From assembly GCF_002075285.3 (NCBI RefSeq), contig NZ_CP021983.2, positions 1,380,001 to 1,412,000 on the forward strand: 32,000 bases of DNA. Reading direction: 5' to 3'. Positions 24,731 to 32,000 of the stretch are shown in pieces (the first letter of the stretch is position 1; the number at the start of each line of letters is the position of its first letter). The position numbers were made by a program, and so were the translations under genes. The notes under the pieces are model-generated. The model was not told the origin of the DNA and searched no databases. It saw only the letters and a program-made list of their open reading frames with translations. This stretch comes from Halomicronema hongdechloris C2206 (lineage in GTDB: Bacteria; Cyanobacteriota; Cyanobacteriia; Phormidesmidales; Phormidesmidaceae).

Positions 24731-27540
24731 CGGGAACCTCCAGAGTGAAGAGAGTTAAACGGTGCGATCGGCACTTCAGGATGGGGATTGCGTTCGGCAA
24801 ACCAGCGCTCAGTGATGACTGACAGTGGTTCGCCGGATTGAATAGACTGCACCAGTAGCCTGGCAAATTCAGCGAGGCCGGTAAATTCATCTGGGGCATG
24901 GCGCAGCACCAGATCTCTGGTGGCTTGCTCATCCGGGTTATTCGCGACTGCCGCCAGCTGGGCAAAGGCGGGATAGTAGCGGCAGTAGGTGTAGATGCCG
25001 TTGTTGTCCAAGAGCCACTGGCTGTAGATACCCTCCCGCTTGGGAAAGAAGCTGTCACTAGCATTGCGATTGATGATGGCGGGCGGATACTTGAGGATGC
25101 GCTCAAAGCTATCGACGGCTGTGGGTTGCACCCGGCCAATCAGGCGTGTCGTCAGATTCTGAAAGATCTTGGCGCTGGCGGGGGATTTATGGACGGTATC
25201 GGGATCTTGCGCCGAAATAATCACTCGAATCCCGGCTTTCGCACCGTTGGCGCAGAGGCGGCCAATCAACGCACCGATTTCGTCAAACTCAAACAGAATC
25301 GGGGCTTCATCAATGAAGAAGACCGAGGCGGGTGCTTCCAAAGCGCGCCGTAGGGCAGCGGCATAAGCCGAAAGCGCCAGCACCGCCGCATCTTCCTCAT
25401 TCGCCAGATTACGCAGCGCAAAGACCAGTAACTGGGCATCGGTCGGGAAGCTGGACGGAGCCGAAATCGCTCGCCCGACCCGACTGGAGAGCCAGAACCG
25501 GAGCCGCAGTTCAATCATGTTCAAGGCGGCTTCGATGTTGCCGCCCACTTGCTGCAGATCAAGCTGCTCAGGGGTACAGAATGTGAGAAAGTCAGCCAGA
25601 GTGGGAATTCTGTCCCAAGCAGCAGAGCCCAAACGACCTTCCATCGCTTCCAAATAACGCCGCTGGATTGAGCGATCGCTAAAGAAAGCATTCAGCGCCA
25701 GTACCAGGATGGAGCGAATGGTCTGAGTCATCACCGACTCGCTCGCCCCCGAACCTACAATCATCGTCAGCAGCGCCGATTCAAGAAACGATTGGAAGTC
25801 TTGCAGGCGTTCTTTTTGCTCGTCGCCCGGCAGGTGTCGCAAGTCGGGCAGCTCAAACAGGTTGTTGGACTCACGAGAGATATCAAAGTAGGCACCGCCG
25901 ACCAACTGGGTGTAGTCCGTGAAGGTGGAAGAACCATCGGGTTTCGGGAAGTCCAGGGCAACGACGGGAAAGCGGTAGGCCAAGGCTTGGGTCAGAATAC
26001 CGGAGACCAGCACGGACTTCCCGGCACGGGTGGTCGCGAACAGTCCCAGGTTCTTGTGCTGGGTAAACAAATCCAGGTGAATCGGGCTGCCTCCTTCCTC
26101 CGCAATCAGTTCAAAGCCTTGGGTATCACAGGGCTGGGTGAGCACTAAGGGCATCAGCCCCGGCACTTCTCCCGTCAGATACAGCTGCCTGCGGTTGAAG
26201 GGACTGACCATCAAGGCATCCCAAACGATGGGCAGCGTCTGGAGCCAGACTTTCCAGGCATAATCTTGCTCTCGCTCTACCCAAGCGGGACGACGAAAGC
26301 AGCTCTGGAGATACCGACAGGCTTCATCCAGCTGCTCCAGATTCGGGCGATGAATCAGGAAAACCACAGCCGTGTGAATGGGCAGGGCACCTTCGAAAAG
26401 TTCTTCCTGGGCCTCAATGGAGCGCTTCATTTTTAGCTCTGCGGCCACATCTACGGAATTACCTTCTTCTGCCAGGGTGGCCGTCAGGTTAGACTGCTTC
26501 AGCATCCGCTGGACGGTCGTTTTCACCAAGGTTTCGTTGGCGCGGGTTAGCTGGCAGAAGATCTCGGTATCCGCCACAGTTTCCCTAGAAAGCACTTCCC
26601 AGAGGTAGCGCAGTTGAGCAAACTCGTTGGCCCAGCCCCCCGGTTTTTCCAGAAAGGTGAGGGGAGCTACATACCGACCATTGACCTTCGTCCAGGATTT
26701 GCCTGCAGTGGGGACCCCAGCGCGGGTGAGCAGGGTTGTGCTGTGGATTTCAGAATTAACTTGCTCTTGCAAGCCCTGTTGGTTCAGGATGATCAGCTGC
26801 GGAATATCGATGGGAGCACTGGTATTGAACCGTTGCCAGAGCAACGTCCACAGGTCAACTTCACCCAACGGCTTGATAGATAGCCCCATCTTGTTGGAGA
26901 GTACCTGTTCCCACAGCAGAAAGCCGTCGGTAAACGCCTTGGTAATTACCGTTTGCAGGCGTTGGTTCTTCGCGTTTTGCAGTTCTCCCGTAAACGACTT
27001 CCACAGCGTTTCCCCGCGACCGATCAGCTTTTCGATCAGGTCTTGGGCTCCTTCAGAGCCGCTTTGTACCGTGTAAGTGACATAGAGCCTGAGAAACTTC
27101 GGCTTTCGTAGCCCCTGTTGGGTGAGTTGTTGAATGCGGGCGCGATCGCTGGTGAGCAGAAACTTCAGGGCACTGCTGGGGGCCAGATCGGTGAGTTGAG
27201 CGAGATCTTGCTGGCGATCAGAATCAGACGAAAACGATCCCAGATGGATGGTCAGCCGTTCACCCCCAGGCAGGTCTTTCAACCCCGATTCCAGTTGGCT
27301 AAAAATAGTCTCAACCTGTGCATCGGTCAGCGTGTTGTGGATGCCTTTGCAGTCAAAGCAAAAGACGAAGCACAAGTGCTCTCGGTTCTGCCCCTTCGTC
27401 AGGACGTAAGCGCCCACCCGTCGCCCCCGCAGTTCAACCCGCAGCATGGCAGCGAGATTGAGGGCATCTTCAAAAGGGGTCAGGGTGCCGACGAATTGGC
27501 CGCCGAGTTTGAGGCGGTGTTTGCCGATTTTCTGTTTCAT
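24727..27540 (-). CDS. virB4: VirB4/TrbE-family T4SS ATPase
   Basis: 937 aa with ATG at 27540. Walker A is LFATTRAGKSVLVSG and Walker B is ASVFFIDEAPILFEF. Size and operon position are typical. An alternative ATG at 27447 would remove the 71-nt overlap with the upstream ORF. Confidence 0.85.
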   Translation of the reverse strand: MKQKIGKHRLKLGGQFVGTLTPFEDALNLAAMLRVELRGRRVGAYVLTKGQNREHLCFVFCFDCKGIHNTLTDAQVETIFSQLESGLKDLPGGERLTIHLGSFSSDSDRQQDLAQLTDLAPSSALKFLLTSDRARIQQLTQQGLRKPKFLRLYVTYTVQSGSEGAQDLIEKLIGRGETLWKSFTGELQNAKNQRLQTVITKAFTDGFLLWEQVLSNKMGLSIKPLGEVDLWTLLWQRFNTSAPIDIPQLIILNQQGLQEQVNSEIHSTTLLTRAGVPTAGKSWTKVNGRYVAPLTFLEKPGGWANEFAQLRYLWEVLSRETVADTEIFCQLTRANETLVKTTVQRMLKQSNLTATLAEEGNSVDVAAELKMKRSIEAQEELFEGALPIHTAVVFLIHRPNLEQLDEACRYLQSCFRRPAWVEREQDYAWKVWLQTLPIVWDALMVSPFNRRQLYLTGEVPGLMPLVLTQPCDTQGFELIAEEGGSPIHLDLFTQHKNLGLFATTRAGKSVLVSGILTQALAYRFPVVALDFPKPDGSSTFTDYTQLVGGAYFDISRESNNLFELPDLRHLPGDEQKERLQDFQSFLESALLTMIVGSGASESVMTQTIRSILVLALNAFFSDRSIQRRYLEAMEGRLGSAAWDRIPTLADFLTFCTPEQLDLQQVGGNIEAALNMIELRLRFWLSSRVGRAISAPSSFPTDAQLLVFALRNLANEEDAAVLALSAYAAALRRALEAPASVFFIDEAPILFEFDEIGALIGRLCANGAKAGIRVIISAQDPDTVHKSPASAKIFQNLTTRLIGRVQPTAVDSFERILKYPPAIINRNASDSFFPKREGIYSQWLLDNNGIYTYCRYYPAFAQLAAVANNPDEQATRDLVLRHAPDEFTGLAEFARLLVQSIQSGEPLSVITERWFAERNPHPEVPIAPFNSLHSGGSR

Positions 27541-27823
27541 CGTGGATAAACCTTAGATATCGGGCATAGCCGCGACTCCAGGTGGGAGTCGGCACAAATT
27601 TGGCGGTGAACTTCCAGCTTTGGCCCCCCGTGAGAATCCACCAGGTAGACATGCCCCAAGCCGCGAGGAAGCCGATTGCCATCCAGCTGAGGTTGAACCC
27701 GCGACCCACCAGGTAGGACACACCGGTGATGCAAAACCAGGGAATGATTTGGTCGGCAGGGATGGGGCCTAAGCGCGGTTGGGCTCCCAAAATGGTGTTA
27801 ACCGGGCGAAATGGAGATGCCAT
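27470..27823 (-). CDS. Small two-TM membrane protein, positional VirB3/TrbD analogue (tentative)
   Basis: The track ORF (to 27967) is trimmed to the ATG at 27823 (MASPFRPVNTILG...), downstream of the preceding stop at 27883. Hydrophobic segments are IIPWFCITGVSYLVG and WMAIGFLAAWGMSTWWIL. The Arg/Pro-rich tail overlaps the virB4 start by 71 nt. Confidence 0.35.
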   Translation of the reverse strand: MASPFRPVNTILGAQPRLGPIPADQIIPWFCITGVSYLVGRGFNLSWMAIGFLAAWGMSTWWILTGGQSWKFTAKFVPTPTWSRGYARYLRFIHDETENRQTPPQTRRPIRRHPDPF

Positions 27824-27882
27824 AAGCAGCTCAGGCGAGGCTGGAAGAACAGTGGAAGCTGCACCCTCAATCTGATGCGCAA

Positions 27883-28464
27883 CTAGCCAGTAATCAGGGT
27901 TGTCAGGATATCGCCAGCGGTGACAGCAATGATGATAATGAGCGGTGTGCGGGCGATCGTTTGCCAATCCTCATCTTGGCGAGCCCCGTTAATCACTCGT
28001 ACCAGCGAGATGCCCACGTAGAGCAAAAAGAGACCGCGCAAAACGTTGAAGACCAGCGGAATCGCGTCTCCCGTTGCGGCTCCAAAGTTAGTTTGCATCC
28101 AAGTTTCGGCCCCGCCAAAGAATTGTGCTTGGGCCGGAAAAGCCAATACGGTCAGAAGTGACAGCAAACTCAGACCAATGGCCAGAATCGTTTGGCGGCG
28201 GGCGGTCCAACCTCTGGAAGCTTTCGCGGAGGGACCTTTGTCGCTGGTCGCTTCTTGATGCCAAATCAGGCCCAAGCCGCTACCGGCCATCACGAGCAAG
28301 AGCAAAGCTGAACCGTGAAGCACAAAATTAGCGCTCATAAATCCCACCATGATCGCAGCCAGTAGCGAGCATGGCAATTGATAAAAAGAATGGGTGATTT
28401 GGGCTACAAAATCGAATCGATAAACCAGATTTTCTGCGCGTACTTTTGAGTGCTGACTGATCAT
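27883..28464 (-). CDS. VirB2/TrbC-like pilin precursor with an unusually long N-terminal extension (tentative)
   Basis: 193 aa with ATG at 28464. The C-terminal part reads ...LSLLSLLTVLAFPAQAQ/FFGGAETWMQTNFGAATGDAIPLVFNVLRGLFLLYVGISLVRVINGARQDEDWQTIARTPLIIIIAVTAGDILTTLITG. This is a leader ending AQA, then two hydrophobic helices separated by a charged loop and a Gly-terminal end, as in VirB2 and TrbC. It is the first gene of the operon. Confidence 0.45.
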   Translation of the reverse strand: MISQHSKVRAENLVYRFDFVAQITHSFYQLPCSLLAAIMVGFMSANFVLHGSALLLLVMAGSGLGLIWHQEATSDKGPSAKASRGWTARRQTILAIGLSLLSLLTVLAFPAQAQFFGGAETWMQTNFGAATGDAIPLVFNVLRGLFLLYVGISLVRVINGARQDEDWQTIARTPLIIIIAVTAGDILTTLITG

Positions 28465-28565
28465 TTCAGTCTCCTTGAATCAGGTCAGCCTGTCTTGACT
28501 CGCGAACCTTAAAAGATGCCTTGAGCAATTCAATTTCCGGGAAGATTTGATCACTATAGCAATGA

Positions 28566-28597
28566 TTTTCAGGAACCGGGATCAAACATCCTGAAAA
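28566..28597. repeat. Inverted repeat TTTTCAGGA-(14 nt)-TCCTGAAAA
   Basis: The 9-bp arms at 28566..28574 and 28589..28597 are perfectly complementary, read directly. The repeat lies about 100 nt upstream of the pilin-like gene start. Confidence 0.7.
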
Positions 28598-28740
28598 CTC
28601 AAAGGGCATCTATCCATAGCTAAAGGCTAGCTGGGATCTTCAAATGGTGGGCGGCTTCTGTAACGATGCGTGATTTTAATCAAGCTTTTGAGGACTTAAG
28701 CAGGAATACTGAGAAGCCTCTTTTGACTGATACATTTTCC

Positions 28741-28781
28741 AATAGAGAGACAGATTAACTTGATATGTATTGCTCTCTATT
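28741..28781. repeat. Inverted repeat AATAGAGAG-(23 nt)-CTCTCTATT
   Basis: The 9-bp arms at 28741..28749 and 28773..28781 are perfectly complementary, read directly. Confidence 0.7.
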
Positions 28782-28806
28782 TAGATGATTAGCAATGTCG
28801 TGATTA

Positions 28807-28818
28807 GTCAATATTGAC
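28807..28818. repeat. 12-bp perfect palindrome GTCAATATTGAC
   Basis: Read directly. It is flanked upstream by a TGATTAG direct repeat (tgattagcaatgtcgtgattag). Confidence 0.7.
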
Positions 28819-28880
28819 CCAGCCGCTTAACAGAAATTTCCTTCAATCGCCAAAAGAATTAAATTTTGGATGATCTCTTT

Positions 28881-28892
28881 TTCGAATTCGAA
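28881..28892. repeat. 12-bp perfect palindrome TTCGAATTCGAA
   Basis: Read directly. Confidence 0.7.
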
Positions 28893-28967
28893 TTTCTGAC
28901 TCAAAGATGCGCTTAAAAGTGAACATCAATGGGCAATTATTGTTGAGCACACAAAAGTTAAAGCGTT

Positions 28968-28999
28968 TTGACGTCAATACGTCTTGACGCTTTGACGCT
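28968..28999 (+). repeat. TTGACG(C/T) iterons upstream of parA; candidate centromere or operator
   Basis: TTGACGTC is at 28968, and TTGACGCT occurs twice in tandem at 28984..28999. AATGGC follows twice (29001..29006 and 29010..29015). Type Ib par loci usually carry their centromere/operator repeats upstream of parA. Confidence 0.45.
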
Positions 29000-29012
29000 A
29001 AATGGCTTTAAT
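28984..29012 (+). promoter_or_regulatory. Candidate sigma70-type promoter for parA
   Basis: TTGACG (28984..28989), a 17-nt spacer, then TTTAAT (29007..29012), about 80 nt upstream of the parA ATG. It overlaps the iterons, which fits autoregulation. Confidence 0.3.
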
Positions 29013-29090
29013 GGCGGCAGGTTCCCTTGTTCGGTAAAGACGCCCAGCCTGTTAGAAAGTTCTGGGTTTGGTTATTGGGAGCGATCGCCT

Positions 29091-29855
29091 ATGAAGACTT
29101 TGAGCTGCTTGTCGCTCTCAGGAGGACAAGGGAAAACGTCGATCTCGCTATTACTAGGCCGACTGTTGGCCCAGCAAGGGCAGCGGGTGTTGATGGTGGA
29201 TGCCGACCCCCAGGCGAATCTGACGTTTTATTTGGGCCATGACGTGCAGCCAGATGCCCCGACGTTGCTGGAAGTGTTGCGGCGTCAGGTGGAGACAGCG
29301 GCGGGCATTTATCCCCTGGCTTCCGAAAACCTGTATCTGTTGCCTGCCGACGAGGGGTTGCATCAGGCCCAGGAGTATTTGGCCACCAGCGGCATGGGAG
29401 CGTTGGCGCTGCGCTACAGCTTGGAAGCCGTGGGGGAGCTGTTTGACGTTTGCCTGATTGATTCACCGCCTCAGCGCACTCAGATTTGTCTATCGGTCGT
29501 CGGCGCGTCGGACTGGGTCTTGATTCCAGCGGAGGCTTCGACCAAGGGGGTGAATTCGCTGTTGCGGAGTCTGGATCTGTTGGAGGAGATGCGGCGCATC
29601 CGCGCGTTTACGGGGCAGGTGCTGGGAGTGTTGCCGTTTCGTGATAAGTGGTTTGGCCGATCACAGGCGACGGATAGTCGGGAGGCGATCGCAGCGATGC
29701 GACAGGTGGCAGGCGAGATTCGAGTGCTGCCGTCGATTTTGGAGAGTGAGCGCTACAAGCAAGCGATTCGGCAGGGGCGGTTATTGGCAGAGCTGGGGTA
29801 TGGGGAGTTGGAATTGCCGCTGCAGCAGGTGATTGAGATCTTGGAACAGGTGTAG
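29091..29855 (+). CDS. parA: ParA-family partition ATPase (small, type Ib-like)
   Basis: The track ORF starts at 28968 on a non-ATG codon inside the iteron region. The ATG at 29091 gives MKTLSCLSLSGGQGKTSISLLL, a deviant Walker A. Other motifs are VLMVDADPQANLT and VCLIDSPP (Walker B). The protein is 254 aa. Confidence 0.85.
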   Translation: MKTLSCLSLSGGQGKTSISLLLGRLLAQQGQRVLMVDADPQANLTFYLGHDVQPDAPTLLEVLRRQVETAAGIYPLASENLYLLPADEGLHQAQEYLATSGMGALALRYSLEAVGELFDVCLIDSPPQRTQICLSVVGASDWVLIPAEASTKGVNSLLRSLDLLEEMRRIRAFTGQVLGVLPFRDKWFGRSQATDSREAIAAMRQVAGEIRVLPSILESERYKQAIRQGRLLAELGYGELELPLQQVIEILEQV

Positions 29856-29858
29856 GCC

Positions 29859-30305
29859 ATGAATGAAGATGCCCTGGAAAGACTGATGCAACGGCAGCGC
29901 CCGGTAGTGCCGCCACGATCTGACGGTCTGGAGGAAACGTCCCGTGTGAAGTCTCGTCAACCGGCTGCAGATGCAGCCGTGACATCAAGATACAGTGACT
30001 CTGATGAGTCTGCAGGTGTTGACGTCAGCATGTCTATGAGTCAGGGTGAAGGGGCTGATCTGCCCCAGTTGGTGCGTACGACCACGCGGTTGGAAGAGGA
30101 GATTGATAAGGCGCTAAGGCATCTCTGCATGGATGAGAAGATCACCAAGGAGGTGTGGTTTGAAGCGGCGTATCAGTATCTAGCGGAGCATCCCAAGGCG
30201 ATGAAGGTGGTGAATGGGATGGCGAAGGAGCGGTATCAACGGCGGAAGCGGGCAGCGGATTTAAGGAAGTTGGAGACGATGCAGAAGCGGTTAAAGGGAT
30301 CGTGA
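29859..30305 (+). CDS. Probable ribbon-helix-helix centromere-binding partition protein (ParG/omega-like)
   Basis: 148 aa, starting 3 nt after the parA stop. A disordered N-terminal half is followed by LVRTTTRLEEEIDKALRHLCMDEKITKEVWFEAAYQYLAEH, which fits a beta-strand plus two-helix RHH pattern, and then a basic tail. Confidence 0.5.
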   Translation: MNEDALERLMQRQRPVVPPRSDGLEETSRVKSRQPAADAAVTSRYSDSDESAGVDVSMSMSQGEGADLPQLVRTTTRLEEEIDKALRHLCMDEKITKEVWFEAAYQYLAEHPKAMKVVNGMAKERYQRRKRAADLRKLETMQKRLKGS

Positions 30306-30355
30306 GCTACCATCCAAGAAAATAGTTTAAAGAGTGATCTTTCTATATAACCGCA

Positions 30356-32000
30356 ATGCCTCTTCCTGAATCTTTTGCTGCTGGAGCCTTTGCGGCAGGA
30401 ATCGCAACGAATCTTGCAAGCGATATCCTTACCCATCATGCTGCCTCGCTCGACAATTCGGTCATTGGCAAAGCCTTGAAATGGGCAGGTTTTGCTCAAC
30501 CTAATTTTCAAGAAAGGCTACGGGATGCCCTGGAAAAAGCTTTGAAACTTTATTTTAGTGAGTATTCACAGAGACAGGCCTTGGGGGTCGATGAGTTTTT
30601 TCAAAATTCTGTAGTGGTCGAACAGATTGGGGGGGCAATCTTGAATCGGGCTCCTTTAGATAGGGCAGCACTGCAAGATGCCTGGAAAGCATATCTGAGC
30701 GCGAACCCAGTTTTGTCACTTTTGAATCAGCAGCAGAACTTTACCGCTGTAGAAATTATTGACGATTTTTTGGGTTGTTATCGGCGAGTTTTGAGAGAGC
30801 AGCAGAGCATACCAGAACTAGCCATTACTTATGACCTTCTGGAGCAAAGAGAAGAGTTCATAAGAGAACTGGAGGCTAGTGAGGAGAGACTAAAAAATTA
30901 TGTTTCTGAGCTTCTGAAGTACAGATCTTTAATTCAGGAAAAAGACACTTCATTTTATGGTCGAGAAATTGAAGAGAAAATCAAGGAGATTATTAATGAA
31001 TATGCTCATCAACCGTTTGCAGGGCGTTCTAATGAACAACTAGATATTGATCGATTTCTCGAAATAAATAATAAAGGAGTTTTATTGGTAACTGCACCAG
31101 CAGGATTCGGGAAATCTGCACTCTTAATAAATTGGCAGCAAAGATATCGAGAAGATTCCTACATTGTCTTTCACTGCTTCCGGTCTAATTCCGATATCGT
31201 AAGTTCGCTTCAAAATGGTTACCGACATCTTTTAAGGCAACTCCTCCATTACCACAAGCAGAGATATCGAGAGTTTCCCAAGGATGAAAGTGAGATGCGA
31301 GATCTACTTTGCGATCTTATTCAATCCGGCGCTTCTACAGGAGACCGTTTAATTATTATGATTGACGGTTTAGATGAAGCCGATAAAGTTCTGGAACCCT
31401 TTTGGGGATCATCACTACCTGACGGAGTCTACATCATTGCATCAGCTAGAGCCGATAAAAAAGATGAACCAGACTATTTAAAGAATTGGATTATAAATGC
31501 AAAAAGAATGGCGCTGGAACGTTTGCCAATCGAGGCAATTGCAGACTGGTTAAAAAGAGTTAATGAATTAGCTCCTTATGCAACAGACAACTCTTTTATC
31601 GAGACATTAGACAGAATTACTGTGGGCTTCCCTTTATATTTGAAATACCTGATAGATGATTTAAGGTTAGCGGTCATACAGAAACAAGACATCAAGCCTT
31701 TAGTGGCAAAAACTCATAAAGGATTCTCAGTTTATGTAAAAGATCAATTTAAACTTTTAGCTAAGCTTGACGAAGTTCAACAACGAGCGGAAACCCAAGA
31801 ATTATTTGTATTATTGACAGTAGCCCGAGGTCCACTCTCTGAGGATGATATTCAAGTAATCACAAGTTTGACTTCTTGGAATTTGGAAGCGCTTCCTTGG
31901 CAAATCACTCGTTGGTTCAGCATCCGTTCTGGCTTTTATAGTTTTGCCCATCCACTTTTAGCTCAAGAATTTGCGAGTGTTTTAGGCCAACAAGGCCGGA
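30356..32000 (+). CDS. STAND-class P-loop NTPase (NACHT/AAA-like) with a roughly 230-aa N-terminal domain; 3' end outside the window
   Basis: Absent from the ORF track because it runs off the edge. I translated by hand from the ATG at 30356 to nt 32000 and met no stop. Walker A is LLVTAPAGFGKSALL, Walker B is RLIIMIDGLDEA, followed by VYIIASARA. The N-terminus reads MPLPESFAAGAFAAGIATNLASDILTHH... Confidence 0.75.
   Translation, partial: MPLPESFAAGAFAAGIATNLASDILTHHAASLDNSVIGKALKWAGFAQPNFQERLRDALEKALKLYFSEYSQRQALGVDEFFQNSVVVEQIGGAILNRAPLDRAALQDAWKAYLSANPVLSLLNQQQNFTAVEIIDDFLGCYRRVLREQQSIPELAITYDLLEQREEFIRELEASEERLKNYVSELLKYRSLIQEKDTSFYGREIEEKIKEIINEYAHQPFAGRSNEQLDIDRFLEINNKGVLLVTAPAGFGKSALLINWQQRYREDSYIVFHCFRSNSDIVSSLQNGYRHLLRQLLHYHKQRYREFPKDESEMRDLLCDLIQSGASTGDRLIIMIDGLDEADKVLEPFWGSSLPDGVYIIASARADKKDEPDYLKNWIINAKRMALERLPIEAIADWLKRVNELAPYATDNSFIETLDRITVGFPLYLKYLIDDLRLAVIQKQDIKPLVAKTHKGFSVYVKDQFKLLAKLDEVQQRAETQELFVLLTVARGPLSEDDIQVITSLTSWNLEALPWQITRWFSIRSGFYSFAHPLLAQEFASVLGQQGR

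Larger units (their letters stand above)
28465..29090. promoter_or_regulatory. AT-rich divergent control region between the T4SS operon and parA; candidate promoters, centromere and/or oriT
   Basis: This 626-bp non-coding spacer is clearly more AT-rich than its flanks. It contains two 12-bp perfect palindromes, two 9-bp-stem inverted repeats and TTGACG(C/T) iterons, each listed separately below. Confidence 0.6.
5908..30305. mobile_element. Conjugative plasmid/ICE backbone: DNA processing, T4SS and partition modules; element boundaries are not in the window
   Basis: A VirD4 plus VirB4 plus VirB2/3/5/6/8/9/10-like set with an M23 hydrolase, PrimPol, methyltransferase and strawberry-notch helicase occurs together with parA and an RHH gene. 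I recognised no integrase, relaxase, att site or tRNA. Confidence 0.7.

Noticed and set aside
28968-29090. The 41-codon N-terminal extension of the parA track ORF (MTSIRLDALTLNGFNGG...).
   Set aside because: It starts on a non-ATG codon inside the TTGACG iterons. The ParA family begins right at the deviant Walker A, which follows the ATG at 29091.
1-32000. A search for tRNA, rRNA, CRISPR arrays, IS elements, integrases and att-like long direct repeats.
   Set aside because: I found no tRNA-like T-arm (GGTTCGAATCC-type) sequence, no regularly spaced direct repeats, no transposase or integrase motifs and no long terminal repeats by eye.

Overview
The window looks like a segment of a cyanobacterial conjugative plasmid or ICE. 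I located at least 26 copies of the HIP1 palindrome GCGATCGC by eye, which supports the cyanobacterial origin. From about 5.9 to 28.5 kb, 17 co-directional minus-strand genes form one block. They comprise a DNA-processing set (PrimPol, a 1697-aa strawberry-notch/SNF2-type helicase, an N6-adenine methyltransferase and unknowns) and a type IV secretion set. The secretion set includes VirD4 and VirB4 ATPases, VirB2/3/5/6/8/9/10-like proteins and an M23 murein peptidase. An AT-rich, palindrome-dense control region and a type Ib parA/RHH partition pair follow on the plus strand. Both flanks carry NLR-like conflict genes. On the left, an orthocaspase sits 8 nt upstream of a STAND NTPase that runs off the window edge; a signal-peptide membrane protein and a NACHT NTPase lie nearby. 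On the right is a third STAND NTPase, truncated by the window edge. The most interesting signals are: (1) a Gly/Asn-rich motif at the caspase C-terminus that recurs at the N-termini of two STAND NTPases; (2) a roughly 57-aa module shared by the C-termini of three DNA-processing proteins next to the T4SS; (3) a MutS domain-I-like segment inside the helicase. All functional calls rest on motifs read by eye. No database search was possible.
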